64,000 nucleotides of DNA from Chiloscyllium plagiosum (lineage: Eukaryota). A program made the position numbers and the translations under genes. The notes under the pieces were generated by a model that was not told where the DNA came from, ran no database searches, and saw only the letters and a program-made list of their open reading frames with translations. The stretch covers positions 40,788,984 to 40,852,983 of the forward strand of contig NC_057717.1 of assembly GCF_004010195.1 (NCBI RefSeq). Reading direction: 5' to 3'. This document shows, piece by piece, positions 1-14,170 of this stretch (the first letter of the stretch is position 1; every line of letters starts with the position of its first letter).

Positions 1-79
1 AAACATAGAGGGAAAAAGAAAGAAAGACTCAGTGAAAACCAAACAGAATCAGAAGGTTCGAAATGTCGGTAGAGAAGGA

Positions 80-365
80 CAGCACGGCGATGGAGTGGTT
101 AACACTGCTGCCTCACCGCGCCACGGACCCGTCTTAAATTCCAGACTCGGGCGAATGTCTGTGTGGAATTTGCTCATTCTCCCTGTTTCTGTGCTTTATT
201 CCCCAGGTGCACTAATTTCATCCCACAGTCGAAAAATGTGTATGCCATATTTCCCTTGGTGGGTAGGTTAGATGTATTAGCCATGGGACTGCAGGGTTAC
301 ACTAGAGTGTGGGTAGCTTGGACAATTGGACTTTATTGGGCAGAGTAGACTATTTCCACACTTTG
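80..365 (+). mobile_element. tRNA-derived SINE, HE1-like, diverged
   Basis: Head CAGCACGGCGATGGAGTGGTTAACACTGCTGCCTCAC with A-box-like motif; same body as the other copies in the window. Confidence 0.75.
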
Positions 366-2091
366 CAGTTCTATTCCTTTCAAGATTTTCAAGGAGAGGG
401 CAAGCTCATTTACCCTGTGAGATTCCAAATCCATGTTACTTCGCCTCTTGTACTATTTCTCTTCGCTCACAATCGCTCTCTCGCTCTGTCTCTGTCGCTC
501 CCATAACATTACTGTGATTTTTTTTTCAAATAATCACTTCCTTAGGAATAGGAACGTGCCACTATGTAATTGGCCTCTCTGTGCGTCTTCACCACCCACT
601 GAAATACCACACTCTCTGACCCTTCCATTGCGAAACAATGTGTGTAATGGCCCCTCTCTATCTCCATCCGTGTACAACCGGGGGTCTGCGGTATAGATTT
701 ACCTGGTCTTCCATGTATGTCACAGAAAAGGAGAATTAGAAATGCAAAAGAGAAAAACAGTTCCTGGCTAATTCTATCTGCCTGATGCCATTGAACAGCC
801 TAATCACTTTTACTTGAGGACAGAAACTATAACATCCTGCCCTGTTCACAGTACCGTCCCCTCAGACTCTCTCCCCTTCTCCTGTTCCCCTGATATATTT
901 CCTTTATCTTTCCTTTTCTCGCTTCTCAAACCCTTCTCAGGCTTTTCCATGCGCTCCCTGTCAAGCTTTGCAGCCTGCCACATGACATCATGTCAATCTC
1001 TCTCACCCTCTCCGTTATTTTCCCTGTCAATCTCTTCCCTGTGAATGAAGGAAGCATTGTCTTTGTAATACTATTTCTCTCGCTCGCTTGTTCTCTGTAT
1101 CCCCGTCTTCCTTTCTCTCGGGCCCTGTCAGTGTCTAACAGTCTCTCTCCCCCTGTATCTGTGTCTCTCTTTCCTCAGTCTCTCTCTGTCCCTGTCTGTT
1201 TCTATCTTTCTATCTATTCACCACCCCATCTTTACTCCCTAGTCCCTCTCTGTCCGTGCCTCTGTATTGACTGCCACTTCCTCACAACTACCATGGCTCC
1301 TACATTGTTCAGCCTTCGCTCTGAAACATTTCTCCTTGTAGGGAGAACAACAAAAAGTAAAATAACCACACCCAGAGCCTGAGTGTCCTGCTCTATCTGC
1401 AACAAAACTTCACTCTCTCATCAGTTCCCGAGGAAAGAGACAGAAACTATAGAATTCAAGAAGGCTGCTCATTACCATCGTTCAAATAGAAACTAGGGAC
1501 AGACAATAAGTACTGGCCCAGCCAGCAACATTCACAGCCCGGGAGGAAATTTGATGAAAAGGAAATCACAACATTATCACTTCTGTGAAAACGCTTGATG
1601 ATTGCTCATTATTTTAATAGTTTTATTTATTATGAGCTGGGGATGATTGGTGGCAGTTTGGGTTAACAAGGAAGGAGCAGCCAAAACAAGCTTTGTTTGT
1701 TTCAGAGACCAGGACAGGAGGCTAGTTACAGGCTGAAACTTGATTATAAATTGCTAACAGACATTGTGAAACTCCAGAAGAGGATTACATTGAAACATCA
1801 AGCAAAGTTGGCTATTAAGGAAATCAGCCCGCCATAATTTCACCAAAGATCCTTGGACAGTGACTTCCAAATCCACAAAAAAAAAATCCAACTAGTAAGA
1901 GTTTGGTAGGAGACTCATGGGAACATCAATTCCTACCCGACCTGTTCACGATTATGATTTAGAAATATTGTAAATTTCTATCACGGTCTCTGAGATAAGA
2001 TCCTGGAATTTCGTTCCCCGAAGGTGTTCTGGGTCGATCAGAGCACACAGACTACAGCGATTCAAGAACGTAGTTCACTACCACCTGTCAA

Positions 2092-3487
2092 AGTGTTGGA
2101 AATTCTGGAAAGGGTGAAAATAGATAAGTAACCCTGGGCCTGATGGCATTTATCCTAGGATTCTCTGGGAAGCAAGGGAGGAGATTGCAGAGCCATTGGC
2201 CTTGAGTTTTATGTCCTCGTTGTCTACAGGAATACTGCCAGCAGATTGGAGTATAGCAAATGTGGTTCCCTTGTTGAAGAAGGGGAGTAGGGATAACCCT
2301 AGTAACTATAGGCCGGTGAGTCTCACTTCTGTTGTGGGCAAAGTCTTAGAGAGAATTGTAAGGGATAGGATTTATGAACATCTGGATAGGAATAATGTGA
2401 TGAAGGATAGTCAGCATGTTTTTGTGAAGGGCAGGTCGTGCCTCACAAACCTTATTGAATTCTTTGGTTCTTCATCAGGAATGTGAAGTGGGGGTTTATT
2501 CCTGACGAAGAATTCACGATCAAAACATTGATTCTCCTGCTCCTCAGATGCTGCCTGACCGGCTGTGCTTTTCCAGGGGCTAGAAGGTTGGCTGAGCAAG
2601 TTTGCAGATGATACGAAAGTCGGTGGAGTTGTCGACAGTGAGGAAGGATGTGTCAGGTTACAGCGGGATATAGATAAGTTGCAGAGCTGTGCAGAAAGGT
2701 GGCATATGGAGTTCAATGTGGGTAAGTGTGAGGCGATTCACTTTGGTAGGAGTAACAAAAAGACGGGGTACTGGGCTAATGGTCGGATACTTGGTAGTGT
2801 GGATGAGCAGAGGGATCTTGGTGTCCATGTACACAGATCTCTGAAAGTTGCCACACAGGTAAATAGTGAGGTGAAGAAGGCATATGGAGTACTGGCTTTT
2901 ATTGGTAGAGGAATTGAGTTCCGGAGTCCTGAGGTCATGTTGCAGTTGTATAAGACTCTGGTGCGGCCGTATCTGGAGTATTGTGTGCAGGTTTGGTCGC
3001 CATACTTTGGGAAGGATGTGGAGGCACCGAAACGGGTGCAGAGGAGGTTTACCAGGATGTTGCCTGGTATGTTAGGAAGATCGTATGAGGAAAGGCTGAG
3101 GCACTTTGGGCTGTTTTCATTGGCGAAAAGAAGGTTTAGGGGTGCCTTGATAGAGGTGTACAAGATGATTAGCGGTTTAGATAAGGGTGGACCATGAGAA
3201 CCTTTTTTCACGTATGGAGTCAGCTATTACGAGGGGGCATAGCTTTAAATTAAGGTGTGGTAGGTATAGGACAGATGTTAGGGGGCGATTCTTTACTCAG
3301 CGAGTCGTGAGTTCATGGAATGCCCTGCCAGTAGCAGTGGTGGACTATCCCTCTTCATGGGCATTTAAACGGGCATTGGATAGGCATATGCAGGATAGTG
3401 GGCTAGTGTAGGTTAGGTGGGCTTGGATCGGCGCAACATCGAGGGCCAAAGGGCCTGTACTGCGCTGTATTTTTTCTGTGTTCTATG
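2092..3487 (+). mobile_element. CR1-type LINE 3' fragment (RT) with internal deletion and a short Penelope-derived piece at ~2467-2576
   Basis: ORFs 2196-2486 (NYRPVSLTSVVGK) and 2565-3197 (SKFADDTK, YCVQVWSP); ends in a CR1 tail with TTCTATG. Confidence 0.9.
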
Positions 3488-4629
3488 AATAGACAATAAA
3501 TACTGGCCCAACCAACCATGCCCTAGTGTGATGAGTTACTAAATGTGCCACCTCTCAGTTGGTTGTGGCAAGTGTAAACGTGGTGCTTAGATCAAGGAAA
3601 TGACAGTTGTAATCACAGAAGCTTTGAATTAGAGAATGTTAAAGTAACGGTAATGGGCTATTCAGCACAACGTGTCCTTCCTGCTCCAGAAAGCTCTCAC
3701 CAGCTGCTCCAATTCTCCAGCCCAATCTCTGAAGTTAAATATACATCTAGTCATCGTTTCAATACTTTGCATTCCACTTCCACCACCCTGCCTGGCAGCA
3801 CATTTCAAATCCTAAATAGTTTCTGCCTGAAGACGTTGCACCTCATTTTGTTCCGAGCTCGCGCTATCTTGCTGACAATCCAGAAGTTTTGACCATGATT
3901 ACTGACAAACGAACCAGTGTAAATAGAATATTCAAATTAGCCTATCACATTTGTTGATAGTTTAAAACAAGTGGTGCACTTCTTAATCTCTCCTGCTCCG
4001 AGAAGAGGAAGTCCAACTTTTCGAATCTTTCCATGTAGCTGAAATACATCATTCGATTTTCATTCTCGTCAAACTATTCCCATATCTCTCGGGATTTAAA
4101 ATTCTTCCTTACGTAAAATTTCCATAGTTGTGCACGATACGCCCAATATAGTTTGACCAATTATTTGTAAATATGTAGCATCATTTCCTCGGGATACATG
4201 ATTTATAAACCCGAAGATCCATTTAAACTTCTTATCAACTCGTGTAGCTTGCCTGGCCACCATTACTCTCCTACCTACGTTGTCCCTCGCTCCTTAAACT
4301 GGGATGATATCTTTTCGAATCCTTTCTGAACGTTCTGATTGTAGTGATTTCTGAATAATCGCCAACAATGCCTGAACAATCTCCTCCGCTATCTCCATTG
4401 AAGGGGTAACCATCTGGTCTTGGAGGTTTATTTAACGTTTTTCCTTTCAAATTCTCCTCTCACTTCTGCCCTCTGACTCTCTTGAAGTTCTGGAGGGCTT
4501 CTCTTGTCTGCCACCATGAAAACTGATGTAAAGTAACTATTTAATACTTCTGCAATTTCTTTGTTTACCATAATTACTTCTTCAGTCTCATTTTTCAACA
4601 TTCAAATGTTCGCACTTGCCTCTGTCTAA

Positions 4630-5202
4630 TGTTACAACACGTTGGTGAATACTTCTACTAAAAAACACAACACCCAGAAAAGCGCACCGCGCCTCATAAT
4701 CTGCTCAAGTATGAGTGACAGGGAACTCCACAAATTCCAAATACTTAAAGGAAAAATAAACATATTTTTCCTTAATTCCAAAAGTGAAAATGAAACAACA
4801 ACTACTTGCACCTCTAAGCCTCCTTTCTCTTCATGGTATTTATTTTGATCTGCCTCCCACTCTATAACAATATTCTGATCAAGTAAAAACGGCTGTCGTC
4901 CGTGGTCTGTCTTCCTTCAGATGAATATCTCCCTGGGTCGTCTTTGATCTTTTGCTGCAAGATGTCAATATACTAACTTCTTTCGACAATAATTTCAAGT
5001 TCTATTGGGTTTTAGTATTCTGGGGCATAACTTGAAGTTATTGTTTGAAGTCAAAATGGTGTAAAACAGACAAATGTTGCATAATTTCAACAATTCACTC
5101 AGAGGTAGACAATCAGTCACATGACAATTGCTTGCAAGTTCTCAATGCAAAACAGCATTCATTCTCTCTTAAAGTTACAGTACATGATTACAACTTCATG
5201 AC
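4630..5202. mobile_element. LTR-like repeat, copy 1
   Basis: TG...CA ends; collinear similarity to 8679-10224 (AAGTATGAGTGA...CTCCACAA, CTCTAAGCCT, TCTCTCTTAAAG.TACAG). Confidence 0.55.
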
Positions 5203-5549
5203 ACCTTACACCGAAGGAAGAGAATAAACCTTCAGAATGGAAAGATGGCTTCATTTTCTTTTTTTTATTCCAATGCAGAAGTCTGTAGCATAAGTCTCCA
5301 ATGAAATAGTCTCGTGCTATTGCTTTTAAATAGTTCCAAGACGTAAAATGACTGTAATTCGTGTACACAACTTTCTTGGACACATTATTCATGACGTAAA
5401 CAGTATAATGTTGTAAGGTAAGTACCAAACTTAGTAAATTACCTATCGATCACAGAGCATTTTCTCTGCTGAGTTTTCAGTTTCTATGAAAAATTGCCAA
5501 TTGGCAGTTCAAATCCTTCATCATCTTCCTGCAGCAGTACAGGTCCAAC

Positions 5550-8500
5550 TCCTATGTCGCTTGCTTCGATTGCAAGTGTGAAGAGATTTTAAAAAGTTTG
5601 GCGTAGCTAAAGCAGGTGCGGTGATGAATGCTGTTTTTAAATTCTCAAATGCCTACTGGCATTGTTCTGACCACCGAAATTTTGTGTTGTTCTGAGTAAA
5701 TCTGTTTGCTGTTGGGAACAACCCTCTGGTAGAATCTGCTCAGCTGCCAAAAACTGAATCACCTCCTTCTTTGAGTTCATTCATGGAAATTCCTCAATGG
5801 CCTTCCTCTTTGTGTTCTTTGTGGTTAACATTCCTTGACGAATGTTATGTCCCAAGAGCGTCACTTCTGCTTTCACTAATTCTGTTTTCTTCAAATTTAT
5901 GACCAGTTTTGCTTCTCTTAATCGTGCAAGGAGTTCTGACAAGTTTACCAAGAGATCTTTCCAGAGCTCACGAAATATCACTACATCATGCAATCAGAGG
6001 ACACAGTTTGTTAACCCAACCATAACTGTGTTCATGAGTCTTTAGAATGTGGGTGGTGCATTCTTCATTCCAAAGGGCATCTGTTAGAATTGATATAGCC
6101 CATTTCTGGTAACAACTACAAATCTTACTCTCGCTTTCTCTGATAATGATACTTGCCAATAACCACGCAGTAAGACCAACTTTCTGATGCAACTTGATTG
6201 ACTAACTTTCTCTCTGCATTCCTCCAATCTTGGTATTGGGTATGAGTCCGACTTTTTTGATGTTCTGACCTTTCGATCGTCCTCAAAATCGTTGACTCCC
6301 ATCATTTTTAGAAACTTACAGGATCTGCGAACTCCACTCACTTTGACTCGGTTTGATTATATCTTTGTTGCGCTTCGCATTCGCTTGCATCTGGATCTGT
6401 AGGGGTATTGTTTTATCAGACCAGCATTCCCTCCATCCACCTCAAGGGCAATAGTATTAATCGTCACGACCTTAATCCTGAATATGTTTTCATACTGCTG
6501 CAACAAAACCTTTCATTGGATTCTTTGCTCCTGAGACACATATTTCACAAACCTGACCACTCCTCAAGATTTCCTCATTGTTCAACGTATATTGAGGCTC
6601 ATCCAATGCCCGAAAATCTAGATTGATTCCTGAACATACTGGCATCACAAGCTGGTGCATTTCTGCCAATTTCTCCTTTGCACTAACCTGCTTTGGTCTC
6701 CATTTTCGTCATAAGATCCTATGTTTAAACTATCAATCCTCTGGAATGTTCACTGCTTCCTTTTCAGAGTACTCATCAGCATATACATGTTTAATTTTCT
6801 CGTTTATCTGTTGTCCGTCCCTTAGACTTTCAGGATTAAAGACCGCTGCCTGATCGTCTGCCTGTTCAGGGCTTTCCTGCACTATTGCGTTGAACAGTTC
6901 AACCCCGAACTGAATTTTAACTCTTTAATCTTTATCTTTAGTTTTTGTGTCGTTACGTGACTTATAATGGTGGGGCATTGCTACGACACAGTCTTCGAAA
7001 ATTCCATAGCAATTTTCTTTTAACTCCTCAGTTCCCTGGTCTTCTCTGGGTACTCCACTAGAGAGGGTCTCGCTCCCTCCTTGGATCCTGCTGGATTTCA
7101 CCTAAGAGCAAACTGTATTCCTGTAATTGACACTCTGCCCATCACTCCCATTGTTACTTCTCCGCATTTGAGTTGGTACTCAATCTTTATCTGACACAGG
7201 GGAAAGCTAAATTACTGTCCATCTATTCCACAAATTCCCACTCTCTCCGGTAACAAGCCAGAAAGAGCGCAAATACGGTCATCTATTATTATTAGAGCCT
7301 GGTTAGCCCCTGTACTTCTTAAAATTAAACCTACTTTCCCTTCTGCTCCTTTCCGTCTGAGTAACGAAGGTGGTAAGTTCTTCATCGAGATCAGGACGTA
7401 ACGCCAGACCGAACACCTATCTAGGCTGTGCACTCCCCTGCATCTCCTCGGCTTTGTTTGCTCCTTTCACTATTTCCACTGGTTTCATTTCTTCTATCGC
7501 ATCTTTCTTAACAGTGCCTACCTTTAACAAAAAGCACTTGAGTTTTATATCCCACTTTACCTCAATGGAAACATCTGAGTCACTACATCTCTGTTTCACC
7601 CCCTTATCCTTATTTTTTAACCTGTAGTGAGTAATCACTGATGCCACCTCTTCCTTGATTTTTAGTGTGGCATGCCCACTTCTCCTAATTTCTATCCTTC
7701 TCAGGATTGCATGTTTGCCTCAAGCTCAACATTGCCGTTTGCAATCATTTATGTTCATCTGCGATCTTGCTGCTCTTCTCACTTCTGAAAGTTCCACGTG
7801 AATTCTTATCATCTCCAAAAGTGAGATTTTGAACTCTTTCAGCAGAATCAACTCGCTTAGAACGTGAAAGGCATGATATATTTATAAGGCTGCACTCATC
7901 TATCAAAATTACTGTTAAGTTTTTTAGAACTCAACATATGTATGACCTATTTCCTTCTTTATGTTTCTGTACCTCTATCATTTCGCTTCTGGTACAATTC
8001 ATAAGCTCTGGTACAATCCAAAATAGCCAGTTTGACCTTAACATTATCTCTTAACCCCTCATCTGACAAGGATGCAAATATCTCACTCACTCTGCCTACT
8101 AGTTTCGTCTGAAGTATATTTACTCGGTTATCTGACCACTCTAGCGAAATTAGATTCCCCTAAATTGTGGAACAGGCCCTTCAGCCCAACCAGTCTACAC
8201 CGACCTTCCAAAGAGTAACCCAGCCAGATCCATTTCCCTCTGACTAATGCATCTAACATTATGGGCAATTTCGCGTGGCTGAATTCACCTAACCTGTACA
8301 TCTTTGGGCTGTGGGAGGAAACCGGAGCACCCGGAGGAAACCCACGCTGACACAGTGAGAGAGTGAAAACTCCACACAGACGGTCACCAGGGACTGGAAT
8401 CGAACCTGGGGCACTGGTGCTGTGCGGCAGCAGTGCTAACCACTGGGCAACTGTACCGCCCCAAGCTAATTTTTCAAATGAAATACAGAAGGTATCGACA

Positions 8501-8680
8501 TCTTTCTCTTCAATATGTAATAGCGTCAGCTTAATCTCCTTCCTGTTAACTTTAATTTCGTGACCAAGTCGCAACTATTGAAATTCAAATTCTCTCTCTT
8601 CCTCTCTCTTTCCTCTGTCTCTGTCTGTGTGCTCATCGACGCATCTTCTCCCTCTTACTTATTTTTTGCATTCAAACAGT
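5550..8680 (-). mobile_element. Degenerate Gypsy (Gmr1-like) LTR retrotransposon internal region: gag, protease, RT remnants
   Basis: EKDVDTFCISFEKLA (gag), ILRSTGANQALI (protease), SDSYPIPRLEEC...LLRGYWQV and LARLREAKLVINLKK (RT); many stops and frameshifts. Confidence 0.85.
8150..8462 (-). mobile_element. HE1-like SINE inserted in the Gypsy gag
   Basis: Reverse complement begins GGCGGTACAGTTGCCCAGTGGTTAGCACTGCTGCC. Confidence 0.85.
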
Positions 8681-10224
8681 TACGACGTGGTGGTGAAATC
8701 TTCTGCCAATTGAAGCAAATACCCAAGAAAACTCACCTCGCCTCGTCATCTGTTTAAGTATGAGTGAGAGACCACTCCACAAGTTCCACCATTTAAAGGA
8801 AAAATATCAATTCATTCTTCAACTCTAAAAATTAACATTTACAACAACTGTTTGAACTCTAAGCCTACATTCTCATATTTTATGTTAGCTCTCTCCCACT
8901 CTGGAACAATATGAAAAACCAATGAAAACCCCTATTAAAATTCCATCAACTAAATCTTCAAAACCGCCCAACAATGTCATCGGTCTGTTTTTTTTTTTAG
9001 CTTCAAATCTCCCTGCTCACCTTTGGTGTTTTGCTGCATAGATGTTACCTTTGAAAAAGAGACGTTTGATTTGGATTGTTAGCTTGGCACATACTCAGAC
9101 GATGGCAGTTGGTCGCTCTATGGTTGACCCAAAATGCCGACTTCTGTAGACAGCAAACATTGGATTGTCTCGTTGCTTCGATGTTGTAAGCAGCAATAAA
9201 TTCAAATTTGTTGTACCCTGGAGCATAATCTAAATTCGAGAGTGTAATGCTGGCAAAACACAGTAGGTCAGGCAAAATCTGAGGACCAGAATAATCAAAG
9301 TTTCGGCTGTAAGACCTTCATCAGGGTCGAGGCATGTGTGTTGGAGATGAGAGATAAATAATTGGAGGGGTTAGATTTGGGAGTAGGTATCTGCGAAAGT
9401 AATAGTTAGAAGAAGGTGAGGGAGAAGGTGAAATGTCGGAGGGGGAGAGTGATCGACGGTTCCGCAGGGCGGTGCCGATTGGGAGACGTGAGACATGGAT
9501 ACCCGGGTGGGGAAATGAGGAAAATGTTGAAATCCACATTTATCTCGTGTGGTTGCAGGGTAGCAAGGAGAAAACGAGGCGCTCTTCCTCCAGGCGTCGG
9601 GTCGTAACGTTTAGCAAACAACACAAATACTAACAATAGGACAGCTTGATATCATTTTTGAGGAAAATATTAGAATCTTCACAACAGAATGTCATCACTC
9701 GACACTTGGGGAGTCAGGCGAGGTTCAGAGAGAAATCAACTTTGATAACCCTGCTGCAAGTTGGGTTAGTAAAATCATCTGCAAGTATGTGCCAGTGGGA
9801 GTGGTGTATTTGAATTTTTAGAAGACTTTTGATCTGTCAGAAATTTACCTGTACCTCTACCAATGTCATTTACTGCTTCCGTCGCACCCTATGTGCTCTC
9901 CTCTACATTGGGGAGATAAGACACCTTCTTGCGGATTATTTTCAGAGAACATCTATGGGACACAAACAAACACCAAACAATCCCCATTAGCTGAACACTT
10001 CAACTTCACCTCCCACTCCATCAGGTGCAACAGCCATAAGCAAAATTTAAGTTGATCGGTTAAATTCAAGCTATTGTGAAAAAAGCCCAATGTTACTTAT
10101 TTTCAATTTTCCAGTACACTCCGAGACATTTTGTCAGTCCCATGACAAGTGCTTGCAAACTCGTGGTACAAAACAACTTTCACTCTCTCTTAAAGGTACA
10201 GAACACGCCTTTAACTTCATAACA
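8679..10224. mobile_element. LTR-like repeat, copy 2, interrupted by ~0.8 kb of Penelope and CR1 fragments (~9230-10025)
   Basis: Both ends match 4630-5202; 9840-9930 encodes a GIY-YIG-like segment (FTCTSTNVIYC...LLYIG). Confidence 0.55.
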
Positions 10225-12107
10225 CTAGCCCGCTCAGTATTTAGAAACATCTTGCAGTCTTTTTAATGCTATTAACAAACTTGCTATCATATTTTAACTT
10301 CTCCTCGCTATTGAGGTGTGTTGTTTGATATTCACTGGCTTTTAAAGGCTTCTCAATCCTTTGGATTCCCAACAATTTCACGACATTGTATGCTTCCTCT
10401 TTTGTTTTAATTCTTGTTACTGTGGTTATAAGGCTTTGTGATGTCGTCCTCACTTCAGTATGGTTTTTCTTCCTTGGGATGAATTTCAGCTGGACAACCG
10501 AATCATCCGAGAAACTCCTGTCAATACTGCTCCACAGTCTTCCTTGCTCGGCTTCCCATTCCGTCAACTCTGTCCAAATCCTCCCTCAAGTCCTTGTAGT
10601 TGCGTTATTCATTTATAATTGTGTCACATCCAAATGTAAGCAATAGAGGTGAACTGAAAAATCGTGATATTGAGATGTGGGACATCGAAAACCATTGGGG
10701 AGAAAGAGAGTGAGATAATATGGATGAGGAGAAGAATAAAATAGAAAATAACATACATTGAAGACAGAAGAAGATACATTCCCCTTTTTGGCAGCAATTC
10801 CAATGTATTTTGGTCCTTTCTACTGTCTGTGCATAACAGAGCAATATATTCGCATTCAATGTGTTATGAAGAATTTATAACTCTAATAAAATGACAGACA
10901 CCAGCTATTGGCAGAACGTAGCAGGTCAAGTTATTTATTTACTGGCAAAAAGTGGATGCATTGAAATAAGGTGGGATACCAAATACAGGAATTTATAACA
11001 CACATCCAGATACGAATGGGAGGCTGGAAAAAGGAATCCCAAAAAGGCGCTGGAGGAGGATCGTTGTTGAAAAACGAGGATAAACTGAGGATCAAATAAT
11101 ATTTCATGTTATTGTACAGTATATGCATTACTTTGTGAACTGTGTCTCTGTTGTTAATTCTTGTTTCTTGTGCACACATGAACAATATTGTCCACTTTCA
11201 GCAACACACTGATTAAACAATGTATATGAAATCATTTTTCTCCCACACATTTACATTATCCTGTTTTATTGACATTCTCACTCGTAGTTTCTTCTTCCAA
11301 ATGGATTCGGTTGCTTTCTACGCATTTACTTTTACTCTGTTTGTGAAATAAACAATATTCGTGGCTGGCGTCACTATGCAGTTATTTGTTTTCGTTTCTT
11401 AACCAAAGACAAATGTGCCCTGTCTCTGATCCATTAATCTATGGTTTCAATAAAGAAGATAACTGTAAATGGATCATATACGAATGCACTAAGGCCAAAG
11501 AAAAAGCCAGACAAATTATAAATTCAAGTCACGAAAACTGTGCAAAAAGTTGTTTTCAGCCTTGGTTTATAAAAATTGAAATGCTTTGTGTTGCAGATAA
11601 ATATTGTCTTATTAGAGCATGGAGAGGAAATTCTGAAGAAATCCACACTTCTTACATGCTGTCAGATTTTAAATGTTTAGTTTGCCAGTTGGTTCCGGAG
11701 ACTTCAGTGGCGTAAGGACCTCTCTAATGTCTCAATGGAACGTGGTTACAGAGAGCATTGTATGTGGATAACACAGCACTATCATCAAGCCTGTGAAGTG
11801 GAGCATTAACTTTCTCCTTCACCCCTAACATTGATAGATTAATTGGCGATGGGCGATAATGTCTATAGCAGGCGATGTCAACATTCCAGCCAGAAGAAGT
11901 GCTATTGTGACATATAAAGGCTGTTGTGAAAGGAGTTAACAGGACATGGTTGTTCAGAGACTGAATGATGTCAGTCTCCATGGATCCGAACTGTGTCAAC
12001 AGAGGGTTTCTTTTGCTGTGCGGATAAGTAACTTCTTTCAATGTGTTGTATCATTGTCTCAGCGGAAGCGTCATCATCAACATGATTAGGATGAGCCGAG
12101 GTGGCAA

Positions 12108-12372
12108 GATCAGAATCTGAGAACAACAATTGGGATGTTCTAATAATCCATCAGAATCTGACAATAATACAATCAAACATTGCAAGAATGGTTCAGAATG
12201 TGAGAACGACAAATTGGAATATTACAACAATGGATCAGAATCTGAGAACGATAAAATGGAATATTACAACAATTGATCATAATCTGAGAACGATAGAGTG
12301 CAACATTACAACAATGGATCAGAATCTGAGAACCATAGACTGGAATGTTCTAAATATGGAACAGGATCCTAA
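12108..12372 (+). repeat. 42-bp coding tandem repeat, ~6.5 copies
   Basis: GATCAGAATCTGAGA-like anchors at 12108, 12149, 12191, 12233, 12275, 12317, 12359. Confidence 0.9.
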
Positions 12373-12515
12373 TGTTCAAACAACCGACAGAAGTTTATCC
12401 TATGGTTTTTTGTTACTTTCTCATTTTTGGAAATGGATAGCGTGGCGGAGAGAAGGTGTACTCATGATTATTCAGGCAGGTTACTATCCCATCCTCGCTA
12501 TTGTTGGCGTTCCTA
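12188..12515 (+). CDS. First coding exon of a GPR139/GPR142-like class A GPCR (N-terminus plus start of TM1); second exon not found
   Basis: Open frame from ATG 12188 ends IIQAGYYPILAIVGVP followed by a phase-1 donor GTAAGT at 12516; resembles TM1 of the expanded shark GPR139-like family (from recall). Confidence 0.7.
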
Positions 12516-14112
12516 GTAAGTTTGTCTCTGTCCATTTATTAATTCTGTAAACCATTGTGAACACAATCGCATTTCCTATTATCTATCGTTGGGAAAGACG
12601 TAAACCATTGTAGTCACTTACATTCAGAAACTTCATTTTTATTCCTTTGATTTCATACCTTTCACTAGCAAATATATGAGGAGAAACAAAACATTTTATA
12701 ACAATGGTAGCCCCATTTTATCCTACGTTGATTTATATTTCAATTTTCCTTCTCTTACTAAACCTGTCCACTACCACCTCCATAATACCCTCAGTCTTTA
12801 CGTCTGTTTCAGTGTTTTTTTTTGTGAATAAACCATCGTCTTGACCTTTCAGTTTGCAGTTCTCTTCCAATAACTCCTCCAGTTACAAATAATTTGATAA
12901 TAAACTTATTCTTCTCTTTACCTGGGCTTATGCTGGTGCAAACTGTGAAGCCGCCTTGACTCTAAAATTAGATGTTACAGATTTCTGTCACCACTTTTAG
13001 TATAACCTGTAAAATTACACTTCGGTACACGAATGTGCTGTCGGTGCCCATGAAATAGGGGTTCCATGGAACTTTTTTTTTGCTCGAACGTTTGATTCTT
13101 AGAGTGGTGACGTGCCCATCATCTCCCAAATGCAGTGCTCCGATGTATTCACACGGTGACAGAGGATGTCTCTGTCCCCGCTGAAGGGAATCTTTGCAGA
13201 AGAATGTACGGGGCAGAGTAACTGATAATAGTGAGAACCTTTGTAAGATTAGAATTAATAAAGAGAAATGACTCAAAAAAAACTAAATCGATGGACGGTT
13301 ACTATGATGTTGCACCAGACGAGCTCCATTCCATAGTATTCAGGAAGGTGGCAACAGAGCTAGTGAAAAGCTATAGCGTCATCCAGGATGGAAGTATACA
13401 CTTTGGTGCATGCCAAACAAATCCCAATCTAGACTGATCCAACTGCTTGGTCTTCCTCCAAATCCCTCCAAACATTCCCTCTTCATATATTTATCCAAAT
13501 GTATTCCGAACGTTGTAACTACAAGAAATAATTGTTGATTATCCTTCAAAGTCGTTACTAATCTGGAAAATCGAGAAAGTAGTACACCGGGAAACAAGAA
13601 AAACCGAACGATAAGGCAACTTGATTTGATTTTTGTGGAAATATTAGAATCATTACAAAGAAATGTTATCACTAGACCCTTGGGGAATTAGAGTCAGCCT
13701 AGAATTAGGGAAGATAAATCATCTTTGATAACCGTGCCACAAGTTATGGTCATTAACGCATCTGCAAGTAAGCGCCAATTGGCGTGGTGCATTTGAGTTT
13801 TCAGAAGACTTTTGACATGTTGTTCACGAGTGAGAGAAGGCAGTCATAATCCAAGGGTGAGGGGCGAAAATACTCCATGGATTAGAAATTGGTTCGTGGA
13901 AACAATACTGGAAGTGGCACCCTTTTCTAGATTGAATGCCGTTACTCATGGAGTATCATTTGTGTCAGTATTTGGACCATAGAAACCTTTAATACATATA
14001 AATGAATTGGAGGTGGGAACCAAAGAGTATGCATCTCATTTTGTATTTGTTGAATGGTGCGAGGATCAGAAGTATTGCTTAAAATGAACGGAGTGTCCTT
14101 CATCATGAACTT

Positions 14113-14170
14113 GTGTATGTGTGTCTGTGTCTGTGTCTGTATATCTGTGTGTCTGTGTGTGTCTGCGTGG
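14113..14170 (+). repeat. (TG)n/(TGTGTC)n microsatellite
   Basis: Seen directly. Confidence 0.85.

Noticed and set aside
814-1382. Hydrophobic Ser/Leu ORFs
   Set aside because: CT-rich low-complexity sequence with no domain signal
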